Assembly (NCBI RefSeq): GCF_018350175.1
Contig: NC_058372.1
Span: 120,590,001 to 120,654,000 of the forward strand
Direction of reading: 5' to 3'
From: Felis catus
Lineage: Eukaryota
DNA length: 64,000 nucleotides
Made by a program: the position numbers and the translations under genes. Of this stretch, positions 36,946-50,034 are shown one piece after another (the stretch's first letter is position 1; every line of letters starts with the position of its first letter). The notes beneath the pieces were generated by a model. It searched no databases and was not told the origin of the DNA. It worked only from the letters and a program-made list of their open reading frames with translations.

Positions 36946-37917
36946 TTCTAGGGAATGAACCGGAGTAGAACTTTATAGATTAAGCATAATGTTTTATGTT
37001 GCTAATTTAATATGATAGAAAATGTTAAATATCTTTTAAAAGTTACAGAATTGTAGTTTTAAAAAGCAAAACCTCTTACCTATGAGATGGATGTGAGAAA
37101 GAAGCTGTGATGGGTTGCACCTCGTATGTACTTCTGTGATTCTGGTAAGACTCAACTCTAGTTGTAGGAAAGTAGTAATCCGGGGTTGGTGTTCGAGGCT
37201 ATACCAAGAGTCTTGTCAGAAGTTGATACGTTGTGCTGTTTTAACAAGAAGTGCCCACAAGCTGCCTCTGTGCCACAGTATAATTATAATATAGTTCAAC
37301 TTGAACTTGAAAGCCATTTTGCAAGACATGTCTTTCCCCTTGCTGTGTCTTATTTAATGGAGCTGAAGAGTGACTGCCTATCCAGGATCTGGGATTGCTC
37401 CTCTTAAAATGACAATAAATGTGCATGTGTGAAACACTGGCTCTCTGGCTCACCCGCGTGAGCCCTGGGATGGTGGCGTGCGGATCAGGCTGCAGTTGTG
37501 CTCCACCCCTGGGGTGAGGAATTCGGTAGAACCAACAGTAATTTCAACGCGAAGTGAAGTTGAGTGGAGAGTGCAATTGGCTTCTCAGTAGAAACCTACT
37601 AGAGACAGTATTCCAACACAATCCGCCACTAAAACCTGAATTTCCAAAACGTTTTGAAAGCTTCATGAGAAATGGCCGCGTCCTAACCTCCATATTCGAG
37701 TCCATTTTCCTCACCATCTCATAAAGTCTCCCAAACCTCACTTACGTCCTGCACTGAACAACACACGTTATTTTAGATTTATTTTTATCTTCTTTCCTCT
37801 CGATGCCTTTCCCTACTGTGCCTCTCTTAATGGCGGTGGGGGGGGGGGGGGGACAAAGGCTAACTTCTATATTTTCTTTCTTGTGAAAGACTTCTGATTT
37901 TCAAACTTCCGTGTGCC

Positions 37918-37965
<48 letters not shown>

Positions 37966-40559
37966 TTTACATCGTGTTTATTTGCTTCACGTTAAGAGCC
38001 AATAGGATAGGTAGACCTCATAAAATACAGAGGATACCATTCCGTGAAGAAGTTACAGGTTCCGGGCAGACTATTTTAAAAATCGAGATTTTCCACTTAG
38101 CTTTAATTAACAGTAACAAGTGACCTGTTTTGTAACGTTCCCCCCAAAAAGAAATGTAGGAAAGGGGGGGGGGGACATGATTATATGGCCAATGTGCGGA
38201 TCCAGGTGTTGTAATATTTTCAGCATTCGAGTGACTTGAAAAGTGGGTAGATCAGTAGCGCATCAAAACGCTTTCTCAGAAAAGAGGAAGAAAGACAATC
38301 TAACCAGTTTAGGTTTCAGGGCTGCTGTGTGAGCGTCACCTGGCAAAATGTCCTGGCTGACCCACTAAACTTAACAAAGCTGGGAAGAATGAGCGTGTCT
38401 GAGGTCTTCTGCTGGCTCTTCACAAGTGCTGTAAATTTTTTGATAAATAAAAACTGTGAATATATACATACACATTGTAAGTATTCCCCCTTTTTTATTT
38501 TTGAAAACCAAAAAAAGCTCTGATTGGGGACATGTTGGGTAAAAGTTGGTTCGAAGACAGAATTATTTAGTCACGGACTCAGGGTAATAAAAGAAACGTG
38601 TAAGAGTGTTTAAGATACCGAAGTTGAAATCACCAGTGATAAACCACCTAAGTTTATGAACAATTTCCTACCCATTTATGATGAGTGGCTAAAACAAATT
38701 GCTAATGTATACATAGTGCTCAGACTTTGAAGGGAACATGTAACAGTTTTGTTAAATATCTCACAATCTGGGACGCTTGGCAAAGAAAACAAATTTGTAT
38801 CAATTCCCTGTCTTGATTAAAAAAAAATCTCAGCATCTAATTCCACTGAAGATTCATAATAAATTTCTTAAATTGATCCTCTAGAACACACTTCCTTTTT
38901 CCAAAAAAAAAAAAAAAACACAACCACCCAACACATGCTCTAACTTGCATAGGAAATATGCTGTGGTAGAAGGAAGGTCTCAAGTCTCCCTTCCTCATAA
39001 CTTTCCCTGCCAATTTTCATTATGTAATTCGTTTCAGAATCAGGACTTTTAGTCATTCTCCTGAGTCTCTGCTAGGACAGTTTCCCTATTATACAGATTT
39101 GTAGTCTTTCCATTTTGTTGTAGGGAAATGACTAGGTCATATACCCTTCTGTCAAACTGGGACAGTTTGTTTGGGCCCAGTAGGAAAATCCCAACCTAAA
39201 TAACGAAGGGTTTTGGCTCTTAGGATTCTCTTTTCTTCAGGTCAAACGTAATTGGTTACTCTTTTTCAAGTTAGGTTATTCGTGCCTTAAGTCTTTGTGT
39301 GCCTCCCATAGCTTATAATAGTCACTTAATGGGTTACTCCTGAAGTGGGTCAAGATTCTTTATTGTAGGTTCTCTGTCGTCATATCCAAATTGGTAAAAT
39401 GCCCCACCAAGTCCTAATATTCAACTGGAGAAATGCAGAGGAAAGCAATTCATTGTTGTGGTAAAAACTCAAGCTTCTGGTATAGCTGGTGACCTCTGTT
39501 TCATCATAGAGAAGAACATAGGGAAGGAGTTGTCCTGATGTCCTATGTCTGCAGTCATCTGAAAGTCAGCATCAATTCTAGCCAGTATGCCATGACCCGA
39601 GGTAGTGATATTCCTGAGGAGTGCAAAGAATTGCGGGAAACTATGGATCGCTATTAAGTCATGAAAGCCTTACAAGGAGAGAGTTTTATAAGCTTGACTG
39701 CGTAACTCAAACCTAATTGATTATAGAGATTTGGATAAATAACCTAATGGCCTGACTCCTTTTCTGATGTTTTACTAACAGCTACTACTAAGTATATATG
39801 GTCCCAGGATTTGGAAATTGCCTTTTCTATTCATATATATTTTTTTAAATGGATGGAAAAGTGTCTGTTTTTCTTAACTATGGCAGAATTGTTTCTTTTA
39901 ATATGTGATAATACATAAAATTTATAAAGGGGTATTTTGCATTACACTGTTGTTCATAATTCATAGAATGAGCTGCATAATCTTTGTACTTGTTGAAATA
40001 TAATTAGGAATTATCACTGAAATCCTAGCCAGGATCCTATCCTAATCTAAAACATAGGTGCAATTGTCCACGTTGTGTCCTGTTCTTTTTTACAGAAGAC
40101 CCAGTGTAAGTACTGTCATAGTGGGCAAAAAAAAAACCCTGTAAGCTCGTGTCCCGGCCACTTATGTGTCCGGATAATAAAGCTGCGACTGGCCTCCGTA
40201 CGTACATACCTTAAGGCAGAAGTTGATCGCATTACTAGTTCATAGTTTTTCAAAGGCTGCTATGTGAAAAGGGTGGGAAGTATTGAACCAGCCAGTATTT
40301 TTCACCTAGTATCCTACTCAGAGTAAGAGATCACTTGGGATCTTGCACCCCATTTACGCTTTGACAGGTGGACATGAAAGGTTGTCCTTATCATTTCAGG
40401 GGGTCCCTCTAAAACTAGCTCCGTGACCCTAAGAAAACATGGGGGTGGCCAATAGGTGTTGGTACAAAGACACCCTTCTAATTTGTCAACACTTGGAAGG
40501 TCTGAGGCCATTAGGTCTCCGGAGAAAGCCACCTTGCTCGTCCCCTACCACACCGCTTT
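36946..40559 (-). other. SLC2A12: SLC2A12 long 3' UTR (distal end uncertain, probably near the N runs)
   Basis: About 3.6 kb free of SINEs, downstream of the terminal coding exon on the - strand; consistent with the long GLUT12 mRNA. Confidence 0.55.
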
Positions 40560-40665
40560 TTACACTCCAAGAGCTGCTCTTGGGGGTTTTCTTTTTTGAA
40601 GCTGTTTTGGCACTAATTCCTCTTGATGATGACTCATAAAACAAATGTTGTTTTTCACAAAGTTC
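40560..40665 (-). CDS. SLC2A12: GLUT12 terminal exon, literal reading frame (the ancestral frame would end at 40511)
   Basis: ctttcag|G AAC TTT GTG AAA... = (G)[27 protein letters not shown], then PRAALGV* (TAA 40562-40560). One base over, the frame reads [23 protein letters not shown] to 40511. Confidence 0.9.
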
Positions 40666-41161
40666 CTGAAAGAGAAAGAGGCACGAATGAAAATGTCGTT
40701 CTTAATTTATAGTACCGGGGTAGGGGGGGAAGGGTGCAGGCTTTTTTTTTTTTTTTAAACCACCCCGGGCCTCTCATGTGTTAGCTAAGCAAAAAAGACA
40801 TTTTCATTGTAAAGCCCTGACGTATCCTGACATTCAGTACCCCACAGAACTTGGGTCGATTTCATGCAAAGGGTAAAATGGGGGGGGTGACTTCTCCGAA
40901 CACAATCAAGGCATTCCTACCAGCAGAGTCCAAGGACAGTATTACACAGAACTAATGGCGATAACGTCCCAGATCCTATTTTGTCTCCACTTCTCGAACC
41001 CAATTAACATGCCTGTTTGTATATCTACGTTGTCTGCCTTCTGCATTATCCCCTTGCTCCGGCATTAATAATTTCTTTTCCTACAGGATTATTCCCATGA
41101 TGGGATTATTTCCCATAAAAATATGCCCTAGTATTTTACGTTCATTTAAAAGTGAAACAAA

Positions 41162-41358
41162 GGGATGCCTGGGTGGCTCAGTCAATCGAGCATCCGACTT
41201 CGGCTCAGGTCGCCATCTCACGGGTCGTGAGTTCAAGCCCTGCATCAGGCTCTCTCCTGTCAGCGCAGAGCCTGCTTTAGATCCTCTGTCTCTGCCCCTC
41301 CCCCCTTCTCTCTCTCCAAAATCTACATTAAAAAATAATGGTTAAAAGAAAAAAAAAA
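41162..41358 (+). mobile_element. Can-SINE
   Basis: GGGATGCCTGGGTGGCTCAG head and A tail. Confidence 0.9.
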
Positions 41359-41389
41359 GCCACCTTTGAACCTCCTCTTTCAAAGATCT

Positions 41390-42860
41390 TTTCCTGTAAT
41401 TTAGCCAGTTAAGTGGCTACTGTGCACCTAGTACTACGCTAGGTACTGAAGATAGCGTGGATATAGAGTCCTGCTTTCAAGGAGCTTACATTTTAATAAA
41501 GGAGGCAGGCACATAAGCACCTGATTTCAAGTAGTGAAAGTGCAAATGAGAAAAGTAAACGGAAAGAAAAAAAAGAAGGAAAATAGTTGGGAGAGAGGCG
41601 ACTGTATCCCGCTGGCATCGCTCCCAAGAGGTGACATGTGATCAGAAACTGTAACGAGAAGGTAACCATGTGAAGCATTAGAAGCACTGTGTTTTCAGAA
41701 AGATCAGAGCATGGTGAGTACACGAACGACAAGACGGGGTCGGGGAGGTAGGTGGCAGCCACAGTGAGAAGCTTGCATTTTATCTGAAATGTAATTTGCA
41801 CCATAGCATTTTGAGCTGAGGAATGACATTTGTAAAAGATCAGGCTGACTGCCCCATGGAGGGCAGACTGTAGAGGGCCAGGGCTGGAAGACCAGTGTGG
41901 AGGTTAGTGTAGTCCAGGAACTCCGAATGGTACTGGCTCAAAGTGTCAGATTCATGTATGTCATGCCGACAGATTTAACGAGACCTAGTGACAGTATAGA
42001 TGTGGAGCACAGTGATTATCGTGGATGAATCCTAAGCGTCTGGCCTGAGGAGCCCCTCCCCACTACCCCCAGGCAGAAGGCTTATGGAGGAGGGTGTGTG
42101 CATTTGGGTGAGGGGGTCTGAGAACCAAGAGTTCTGTGTAGGTCATGTCAAGCTAGAGACGCCTATTAGACATTCCAACCAAAGATGTTAAGTAAGCAGT
42201 TAGATTTGGAAATTTGAAAGTCAGGTAAAAGGTCAAAACCTGGAGATAGAAGACATTTGGGAGTCCTCACTTTTTGGATGGCTTATAATGCCTTAGGGAT
42301 AGGTCTAAGAAGTAGACGTAGGTATAGATCTAAGGACTGAGTCCTGGGCACTACTGGGTTTTTTATTTTTTATTTTTTCTAATCTTTATTTTTGAGAGAG
42401 AGGGGGACACAGAGTCTGAAGCAGGCTCCGGGCTCTGAGCTGTCAGCACGGAGCCTGATGTGGGGCTCAAACTCACAGTTCGTGAGTTCATAACCTGAGC
42501 CCGAAGTTGGACGCTCAACCGACTGAGCCACCCGGGTGCCCCTTGGGCACTACTGTTTTTAAAGGTATACAGGAGGAGGGGGAGAGGGAGGAAGCAAAGG
42601 AGACCACGAAGTGACTAATGAGGTAGGAGGAAAATCAGGAAAGAGTGGTATTCCAGAAGACAAGTGAAAACAAGTGTTTGCAGATAGGGAGCATGAGGAG
42701 CTGGGCAAGTGCTTCTGGGAAGTCGAGTAACGGGGACTGAGAACTGTCCCCATGTTTGATAACTTGGAAGTCCTAAGTAGCCTTCGGAGTAAGAACATGA
42801 GCAAGTCTGAGTGGAGTAAGTTCAAGAAAGAATGGAAGGTGAGGACACAAAGACAATACA
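41390..42860 (-). mobile_element. L2 remnant (interrupted by a SINE)
   Basis: gtcctgctttcaaggagcttaca; gcagactgtagagggccagggctggaagaccagt; gaccaagagttctgtgtaggtcatgtcaagctagagacgcctattagacattccaa. Boundaries approximate. Confidence 0.6.
42357..42542 (-). mobile_element. Can-SINE
   Basis: 12-bp TSD TGGGCACTACTG at 42345-42356 and 42544-42555. Confidence 0.92.
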
Positions 42861-42865
42861 GAGTA

Positions 42866-43105
42866 CAGTAAAACCTTGGTTGGCGAGCATAATTCGTTCC
42901 AGAACGTGCTTGTAATACAAAGCACTTGCATATCAGTGCGAATTTCAAGAACCATTGGCTCAGTTGTGATCACGTGACATTCGGTGTCACGTACTACTCG
43001 TATTGCAAGACATCGCTTGGATATCAAGTTAAAATGTATTAGAAATGTTTGCTTGTCTTGCACAACTCTCGCAGAACAAGTCACTCGCCATATAAGGTTT
43101 TACTG
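42866..43105. mobile_element. 240-bp Tc1/mariner (Tigger-like) MITE
   Basis: TA|CAGTAAAACCTT ... AAGGTTTTACTG|TA: perfect 12-bp TIR with TA duplication. Family not assigned. Confidence 0.88.
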
Positions 43106-43202
43106 TACTTGAGAACTGAAAAGTAGGCAGGGAAGGGGTGGGTTCCTGGAGGGAACTTGAAGTCTAGGGAGGTATATTGTTTATGACGGTAAATACTGCA
43201 GC

Positions 43203-43203
<1 letters not shown>

Positions 43204-43233
<30 letters not shown>

Positions 43234-43248
43234 GCGTGTGTGTGTGTG
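43204..43248. repeat. (TG)n microsatellite with CG interruptions
   Basis: Seen directly in the sequence. Confidence 0.9.
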
Positions 43249-44545
43249 ATGATAACCTCCCAGAAGGGGGAAGTTGCACTCAGCGCATAAAGGGAAGAGC
43301 TGGCATAGATGGACATGGGCATAGATGTAGGTACTTTAGTGGATGGCATGCAGGATGAGTTGGTCTCTCTATTTCTCTTTTGTCAGCGAACTGAAAAGGC
43401 AAGATCGTCGGCAGAGAGGAAGTGGGAAGGGTACTCAAGGCTTGAGGAAAGAGTATAGAGTGTAAGGTAATCCTCTTGGAGAGGAGGGAAGTCAACTCTC
43501 TGGGCAACGTGCGTTGTAGGACTCGCCCGAAGACCTACTGGAGATTTGTGTTCATAAATCTAAAATCAGTCTTGTCAACACGGTTGTGTGTCTTCTTCAG
43601 CCATGCTGCGCCCCTTGGGTGCAGGGATAACATAATAAATGGTTTCATCAGAGTTGGGTTTTCCCGAAATGATGGAGGAAGCGAAGGCAGGGAAAAAGGA
43701 GTGGTGGTGGTCCATGAAGTCTGAGCAGGGGAAGCCGATGGCTACTCAGTGGATTCCAGGCCCTGGTGTGGCGTGGATTTGTTGCGGTGCTGGTGCTTGG
43801 GAAAGTGAGCTGGGACGCAGAGGGGTCACAGGGCGAGGGGTAATGACAGTCCGTGATACGACCATCCTGTTTGCTCCCCTTCCGAGCAAAATGACAGAAG
43901 GGCTGTAGCTGATTCCCTCACTTCGTGAACTTCTGTCCCATCTCAAGCCTCAAACCTTCCATCCTGTCACTCCACTGAGACTGTGCCTGACAAGCATGCG
44001 GTCACCTTACTCTTTGTACTTGACCTCTCAGCAGCTTTTGGCACCATCTGGTCCCATCTTCCTAGAACACTTTTTTTTTTTTTTTGGCTTCAGTGATCCC
44101 GTGGTCTCCTGGCTTTCCCCCAAACTCACTATCAGCTCCTTTTCAGTCTTTTTGGATACTCCGTCTCCTCTGTTGGATCTCTAAATGTCGGATTAACCTA
44201 GGGCTTGGTTCTGGACTTCCTTCCCTTCTCTCAGCTCTTTGACTAGATTTCATCCGGTTCCACAATTTAAATGCCATCTACAAACTACATAGCAGCCCAA
44301 TCTGACCCTGTCCCTGAGTGTCTTTCAGACTTATTATATATTGCACAGCTGGCTAATAATATATCTCCCTGATGCCTAATGGTCATCTCAAAATGAATAT
44401 ATCGAGAATAGTACTCTGGACTCTCTCCATCCCGGAAACCTAGTCCTCCTTGTGGCTACCCTATTTTACCATCCACGTAGTTTCTCAAGCTAAACATTTA
44501 GGTGTCATCCTGACTACTTCATTGCCTTACTCTTATATCCAATTC

Positions 44546-44578
44546 ATTCATTCATTCATTCATTCATTCATTCATTCA
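44546..44578. repeat. (TTCA)n repeat (probable L2 tail)
   Basis: About 8 TTCA units. Confidence 0.9.
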
Positions 44579-45910
44579 ATAACTTTAGCTGAGATCAATT
44601 AGCCAGTGAGGCTGATAAAGAAGTTCTCTAAGAAATAAACCTTAGGGCACAAAAACTTTAAAATAGTGGGAAGATACAACGGAACCAGTAGAGGATGCTG
44701 ACAGGAGACAACCAGGAGGGGAGGGTGGTCCTCGAAGGCAGTGAAGCCAACTATTTCAGGAAGAAGGGCATGCTCACCTCGGTCCAATTCTGGGAATGGT
44801 CACCACGCTAGCCATTAAGATGAGGAAGGAGAATTGACCACTGGCTTTAGCATTGTAGGGGTAACTGGGATGCTAAAAACAGCAATTTCTGTAGAACGGT
44901 GGCCATAAAAGTCTTACTGGAGCAGGTTCATAAGAGAATGGGAAAAGAGGAACTGACAATGAATATGCTAGAATTTGCTATAAATGGTAGCAGAAAAACA
45001 GCAAAAGCCAAAGAGAAAAGTGGAATCAAGGCCATTTTTTTTTTTTCAGATGGGGAAAAATTGCACAGGGTTTCCCTGCTGGTGAGCATTTGAGATAAAG
45101 GGAGAGGTAAAATGGGCATGATGCATGGGTGAGCAGAGAGAACTGTCAGAGAATGTCCTGGAAAAGGCATGGGGGGAGAACATGAAGTGATTGGCCTCAA
45201 ACAGGAATGCTGAGGCTAACAGAGAAAACCCAGAGGGATGGTGGCGCATTTGGATACAAACGCGTGCGGGTTGGTGTGCCAGGTTATGGAAGTGTCCATT
45301 TTTCTCAGTAAAGTCAGAGGGGCAAGGCCGTCAGTGGGAGTGAACAGGGCTAAGGAAGAAGGGAGGTTTCCAGACAGAGAAGGCAGTATGGAGCAGTTGT
45401 CTAGGAGACAAGCAGTTAATGGACCAGGGACACGTGCGATCGCCAGGCAGCAAGCACTGAGGGCCATTTGAGGTCAATGATCGTGATTCGAAACGAGAAA
45501 AACCCAACACCGCGCTTGTGTGCTTTCTCAGCCACGCTCCGCTGTGCGACTGCAGAGGCTTACTTGGCACACCTCAAAATGTAAATCAGATCATGTCACT
45601 CCCTGCTTAAAATATTTTAGTGGCTTCCTATTGTACTTAGAATGAAATCCAAACTCGCTGGGCCTGCAGAGCTCTGTACGCTCGTCTCTACCGACTTTCT
45701 GACTAATCTCACACAGATTTCAGCTTCCTGGGCTTCCTGCTGTTCCTGGAGCAGGTCAAGTGCGTTTCGGATTAGCCTTTGCGCTGTTCTCTCTGCCCGA
45801 ATTCTCCTTCGCCCTATCTTGGTTGGCTCTTTTATTATCACATAGATTTTATCTTAAATGTTGCCTCTCAGAATAACCTTCTCGGATCAGCTGATCAAAA
45901 ATAGCCCCCT

Positions 45911-46138
45911 GGGGCACCTGGGTGGCTCAGTAGGTTGAGCATCTGACTCTTGACTCTTGATTTTGGCTCAGGTCATGAGGTTGAGGTTCGTGAGATCGAG
46001 CCCCGTATTGGGCTCCACACTGACAACAGGGAGACTTGCTTGGGATTCTCTCTCTCCCTCTCTCTCTGCCCCTCCCCCACACTCGCTCACTTCTCTCTCA
46101 AAATAAATAAACTTTAAAAAAAAAACAAAACCAAAAAA
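45911..46138 (+). mobile_element. Can-SINE (older subfamily)
   Basis: GGGGCACCTGGGTGGCTCAG head; aaataaataaactttaaaa tail. Confidence 0.9.
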
Positions 46139-46977
46139 CCTAGGCCCTGATTAGGAGGCTCTCTTATTGTCATGTTTTAATACGGCCTTTTTGCTTGTTG
46201 AGTAATGTTGCCGTAGCACCTAGAACAGTGCCTGGCACGTATTAGATGCTCAGGAAATATTTATCAAATCAGTGAATTTGGGTGAATGAATGAAGCAATG
46301 ACCTGCTGGAAGCGGAAAATAACCTAAGTCTCAGAGCCAAAATATTTCCAAAACGTTAGCTTGTTAATTTTCTCCATTTGTTCCCGCTTAAACTGAGGAA
46401 AAGCATCAAAGTCACAGCTGAAATAGCAAATATGGCAAACATCCCATTTGGAGTTTGTGGCTGGCAGGGCAGAAGTTCAAAACAAAATCCTTTCAAATTA
46501 CATTCTTGCTGAAATCTTGTCCGACCTCTCAGCTGAGTCACTGCTTATTTTATAAGAAACTTAACAACCTTGGGAGAATGTTTTCTCAGCCTCGCGGAGA
46601 TGGAAGCACAAGCCCCGAACTCCGGAGATGAAGAAAGAGAAGTGCTAAGCGCGGTATGCAGGCTCAACTTCGAAGTTAATTTGACATTATAAATGGCTTC
46701 CTTTCTTACTCCTTAGGAAGTCATCGGGAGATACATGTCAGGACTATCTCTTTCCATGGTGGCAAAAAATGATTCACTTGTTTCATAGACTCCTAAATTT
46801 GCAAAGACTTGCTTGATATAGCAGCGTCCTTCCGCAATCTCTAAGCTCCCTTAAGCTTCCGCGTCCAAGCGAGCTCCCTGGGCTTTCTGCTGCCCCGCAT
46901 TTACTTAGCCGGTTGGAGAACCATTATGTATTTTATCTTTTTATTTTTGTCGCCGACATTTCCCTCCAGGGAACCTT

Positions 46978-47158
46978 TTTTTTTTTTAAATATATGAAAT
47001 TTATTGTCAAATTGGTTTCCATACAACACCCAGTGCTCATCCCAAAGGATGCCCTCTTTCATAGCCGTCACCTACCCTCCCCACCCTCCCACCCCCCATC
47101 AGCCCTCTGTTCTCATTTTTTAAGAGTCTCTTAGGCTTTGGTTCTCTCCCACTCTAAC
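46978..47158 (-). mobile_element. Heavily 5'-truncated young carnivore/feline L1 3' end
   Basis: Poly(T) then aaatttattgtcaaattggtttccatacaacacccagtgctcatccc; perfect 16-bp TSD CCCTCCAGGGAACCTT at 46962-46977 and 47159-47174. Confidence 0.9.
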
Positions 47159-48694
47159 CCCTCCAGGGAACCTTGTCTAATGTACAGACTTTGGCCAGTC
47201 TGCACAATTCGGGCTGCTTACATTTTCATTTGAAAAGCCTTTGCCAACCTGCTTCTTCGAGCTCAGATGAACCACAGGCTCTCTACTACTAGATAAACAG
47301 CAGTTAGCCAAGGGTTCCCAGAGCAACTCTTTCCGCCCTCCGTACTGGGTTTCCGCACACCACACACCCTAGGAGATGCCTTCACTGCTGCTGTGAATTT
47401 CACGTGCAGGATTGGTTTGCCACCTCCTCTCTTATAATTCTCCGCATCAGAGCTCGCATCTATTTTTGGCCTCCAACACCTGGTACCCGTGTCGTCTTGT
47501 CGAGGGTTCACGGTGCTTTGGCTTCTGGATTCCTCTTACTCTGCCGTTTATCACTTGAGGTTCGGATTTAAGTGTGAATACCTTGCGTGACTCAAAAGTA
47601 ACAGAAATGTGATTCTTTCGAAAACCTTTCATAATCCAGGCTTTACTGATTTAGACGGATTCCTTCCCCACCCTGACGCTGAATGAGTAAGTTTTGTTGC
47701 GTTTTAGACAGCCAAATCAGATACTGCTAGGGAATGTCTTATTCTGGAGGTCTATTAGATAGAAAGATTGGCTCTTCTGAGGGTTTGTCCTCAAATTTTT
47801 ATTTGGTTTGCAATTGGATACATTCTGACAGCCCCGTGTGAAAAATAGATCTGAAAGTTTCTTAACCTTAGCTCATCCAGAACGTTCCTTCCACTTCCAA
47901 GTTAGACTTAAAAAGTTAATTCCTAACTGCTTTCTCCCTGCCTCAATTCTGTAGTGTTGTTCACGAGAATTTTAACAAACCTTAATGTTTTAAAGGAATT
48001 TCACACCCCCAGCTAATAAATGGGTAGTTAAAAAGTGCTTACGCACACGGTGGACGGACTTACCATGAAGCCAATGACACACAAGCCCCAGGGTCCCTCC
48101 CTGCACAGCCTCTTCCAAGACCTACATAGTCACACCTAATTTCACATTCATAATTTGTATTTTTTTTTTCCTTCGACAGGGCCCCTCAAAAGCTTAGGCT
48201 CCACGAAATGTGGATCAGCCCCCACTTACATCCCTATGCACTGATGTGTTGAGGACCATCTTCCGACCGACACCGGTCTCTCCGCTCCCTTGGTCCATTT
48301 GCATGTCCCAGAGGCACCTCACAGACAGTCCGTACAGACTGAGTTCAGGGTTGTCCCTGAGCCCCGCCGGGCTCCTGCCCCCCAAACCTGCTCCTCCTTC
48401 TCCTGGTCTTACGAGGGCACATGTCACCATTGTGTATGGGGTTAGTTCTCTAAGCTTGAGGGAGATTTGCTCCTTTCCCTTGACCATCTTTTCCAATCCA
48501 GGTCTAAGTTGTCTGGTTCCATCCCGACACGCCAACCAGCCCCATAGTTTTCTGTCTGGTTTCGTCAACACACTCCCATCGGTCTCCCTCACTCAGCTGC
48601 CCCTCCACTTCCATTCTCTGTATTTGGCCAGAGTCCTCCTTCAAAAATCGGTAACTCTTCCCTCCTGTTCGGTTACTTTATTTTTTCATGTTCA

Positions 48695-48899
48695 TTTTTT
48701 GAATTTTTAATGTTTATTTTTGAGAGACAGAGCATGAGCATGGGAGGCACAGAGAGAGGGGGAGACACAGACTCTGAAGCAGGCTCCAGGCTCCGAGCTG
48801 TCAGCACAGAGCCCGACTCGGGGCTCGAACCCACGAGCCGTGAGATCGTGACCTGAGCTGTGGTCAGATGCCCAACCGACTGAACCGCCCAGGTGCCCC
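48695..48899 (-). mobile_element. Can-SINE
   Basis: Ends ccgcccaggtgcccc. Confidence 0.92.
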
Positions 48900-50034
48900 T
48901 AAACATGCCCCACTGCCTTTAGCACCAACTCCAAACTCTTTACCAAGAAGGACGAGCCCCTTCCTGACTGTTCTCTGCCTTCTGCTTGGCACTCCTGTCT
49001 CAATCCTCATATCCTCTCCAGACCACACCAGCGAGTATACTGGCCTCCGCGTGTGATCCCCCTGTGTCTCGCACATACACCTCTTTGCCCAGGCAACTCC
49101 TTCAGGATTCTGCTTCGGTATTATCTCTTTCAGGAAGATTTTATAGATGAGATCCTCCAATATAGGCGATCTTCCTTGGAGCCTGCCAACAACGCTAAAT
49201 ATTTGTAATAGTCTGTTTTCTTGCCTGCCTTCTAAAGAAGCTATGGATTCTTTGTCTCCTGCGTTTTCAGTTCTTTCCTAGAACGGTGTCTGGTGGAGAG
49301 CAGATGGTCAAAAAAGAGTTGAATGAGTAAGATGAAACCGTGGGGAAGGGAGTGGTGTGGTATAGCCAGTGGTGTGTATAGCCAGTCGGGCTCACTTATC
49401 TGAACACATACCTCTGCCTCTTCCCATTGCACAGGCTCCATTCAACTGTAGATGAAACCACACCCTACAAGCCACAGATCAACACCTATTGTGCTCCACA
49501 CGGTCATCCAAGCTCTAATCCCCCCACACAATGAATTCAGCATTGGCCTTGTTCATAGGTTATCAAATTGAACAGCGGATACTTTTCCACCATCCTCTAG
49601 GAATCAAGATTATGCTAGGCACCACACAGAGGTTCCGGAAGAAAGACAATGGGCAGAGGCCACTCCTGGAAACCAAGACTTTACCACTTAGTTAAGGAGG
49701 GGGAATCCCTAGAGTCCTAGCTACGCCAGTAGAGAAGAAAATGGGACTCGAACATGTGAAAAATCCAGGAGAGAGGAATGCTATCCAGGGCTGGGGTTAT
49801 GCAGGGCTTCTAAGATGAGGCTTTGCATGGTCTCTCAAGGCATAAGGATGACCGGCTAAATCGGCGATGGTAACTATAATGTAGGAAGAGAAGTCGAGAG
49901 AAAGAAATAAGTATCAGTGAGGCAGGAGGGAAGCCAGGAAAGAAAAGTGTTTCACAGGAGCTAAAAGAGAATTTCAAAAAGAGTAGGTGTGGAAGAGTCA
50001 ATGTGGTTAAAAACAGTTTTTTGTGTGCGTGTGT

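Noticed and set aside
4950-36968. ORFs in the track containing long X runs
   Set aside because: Artefacts of translating through N gaps.
46531-46541. ARE/AP-1-like TGACTCAGC motifs (also near 12375 and 50273) and CLEAR-like TCACGTGA at 42970
   Set aside because: Motifs of 8-9 bp are expected by chance about once or more in 64 kb; no clustering evidence.
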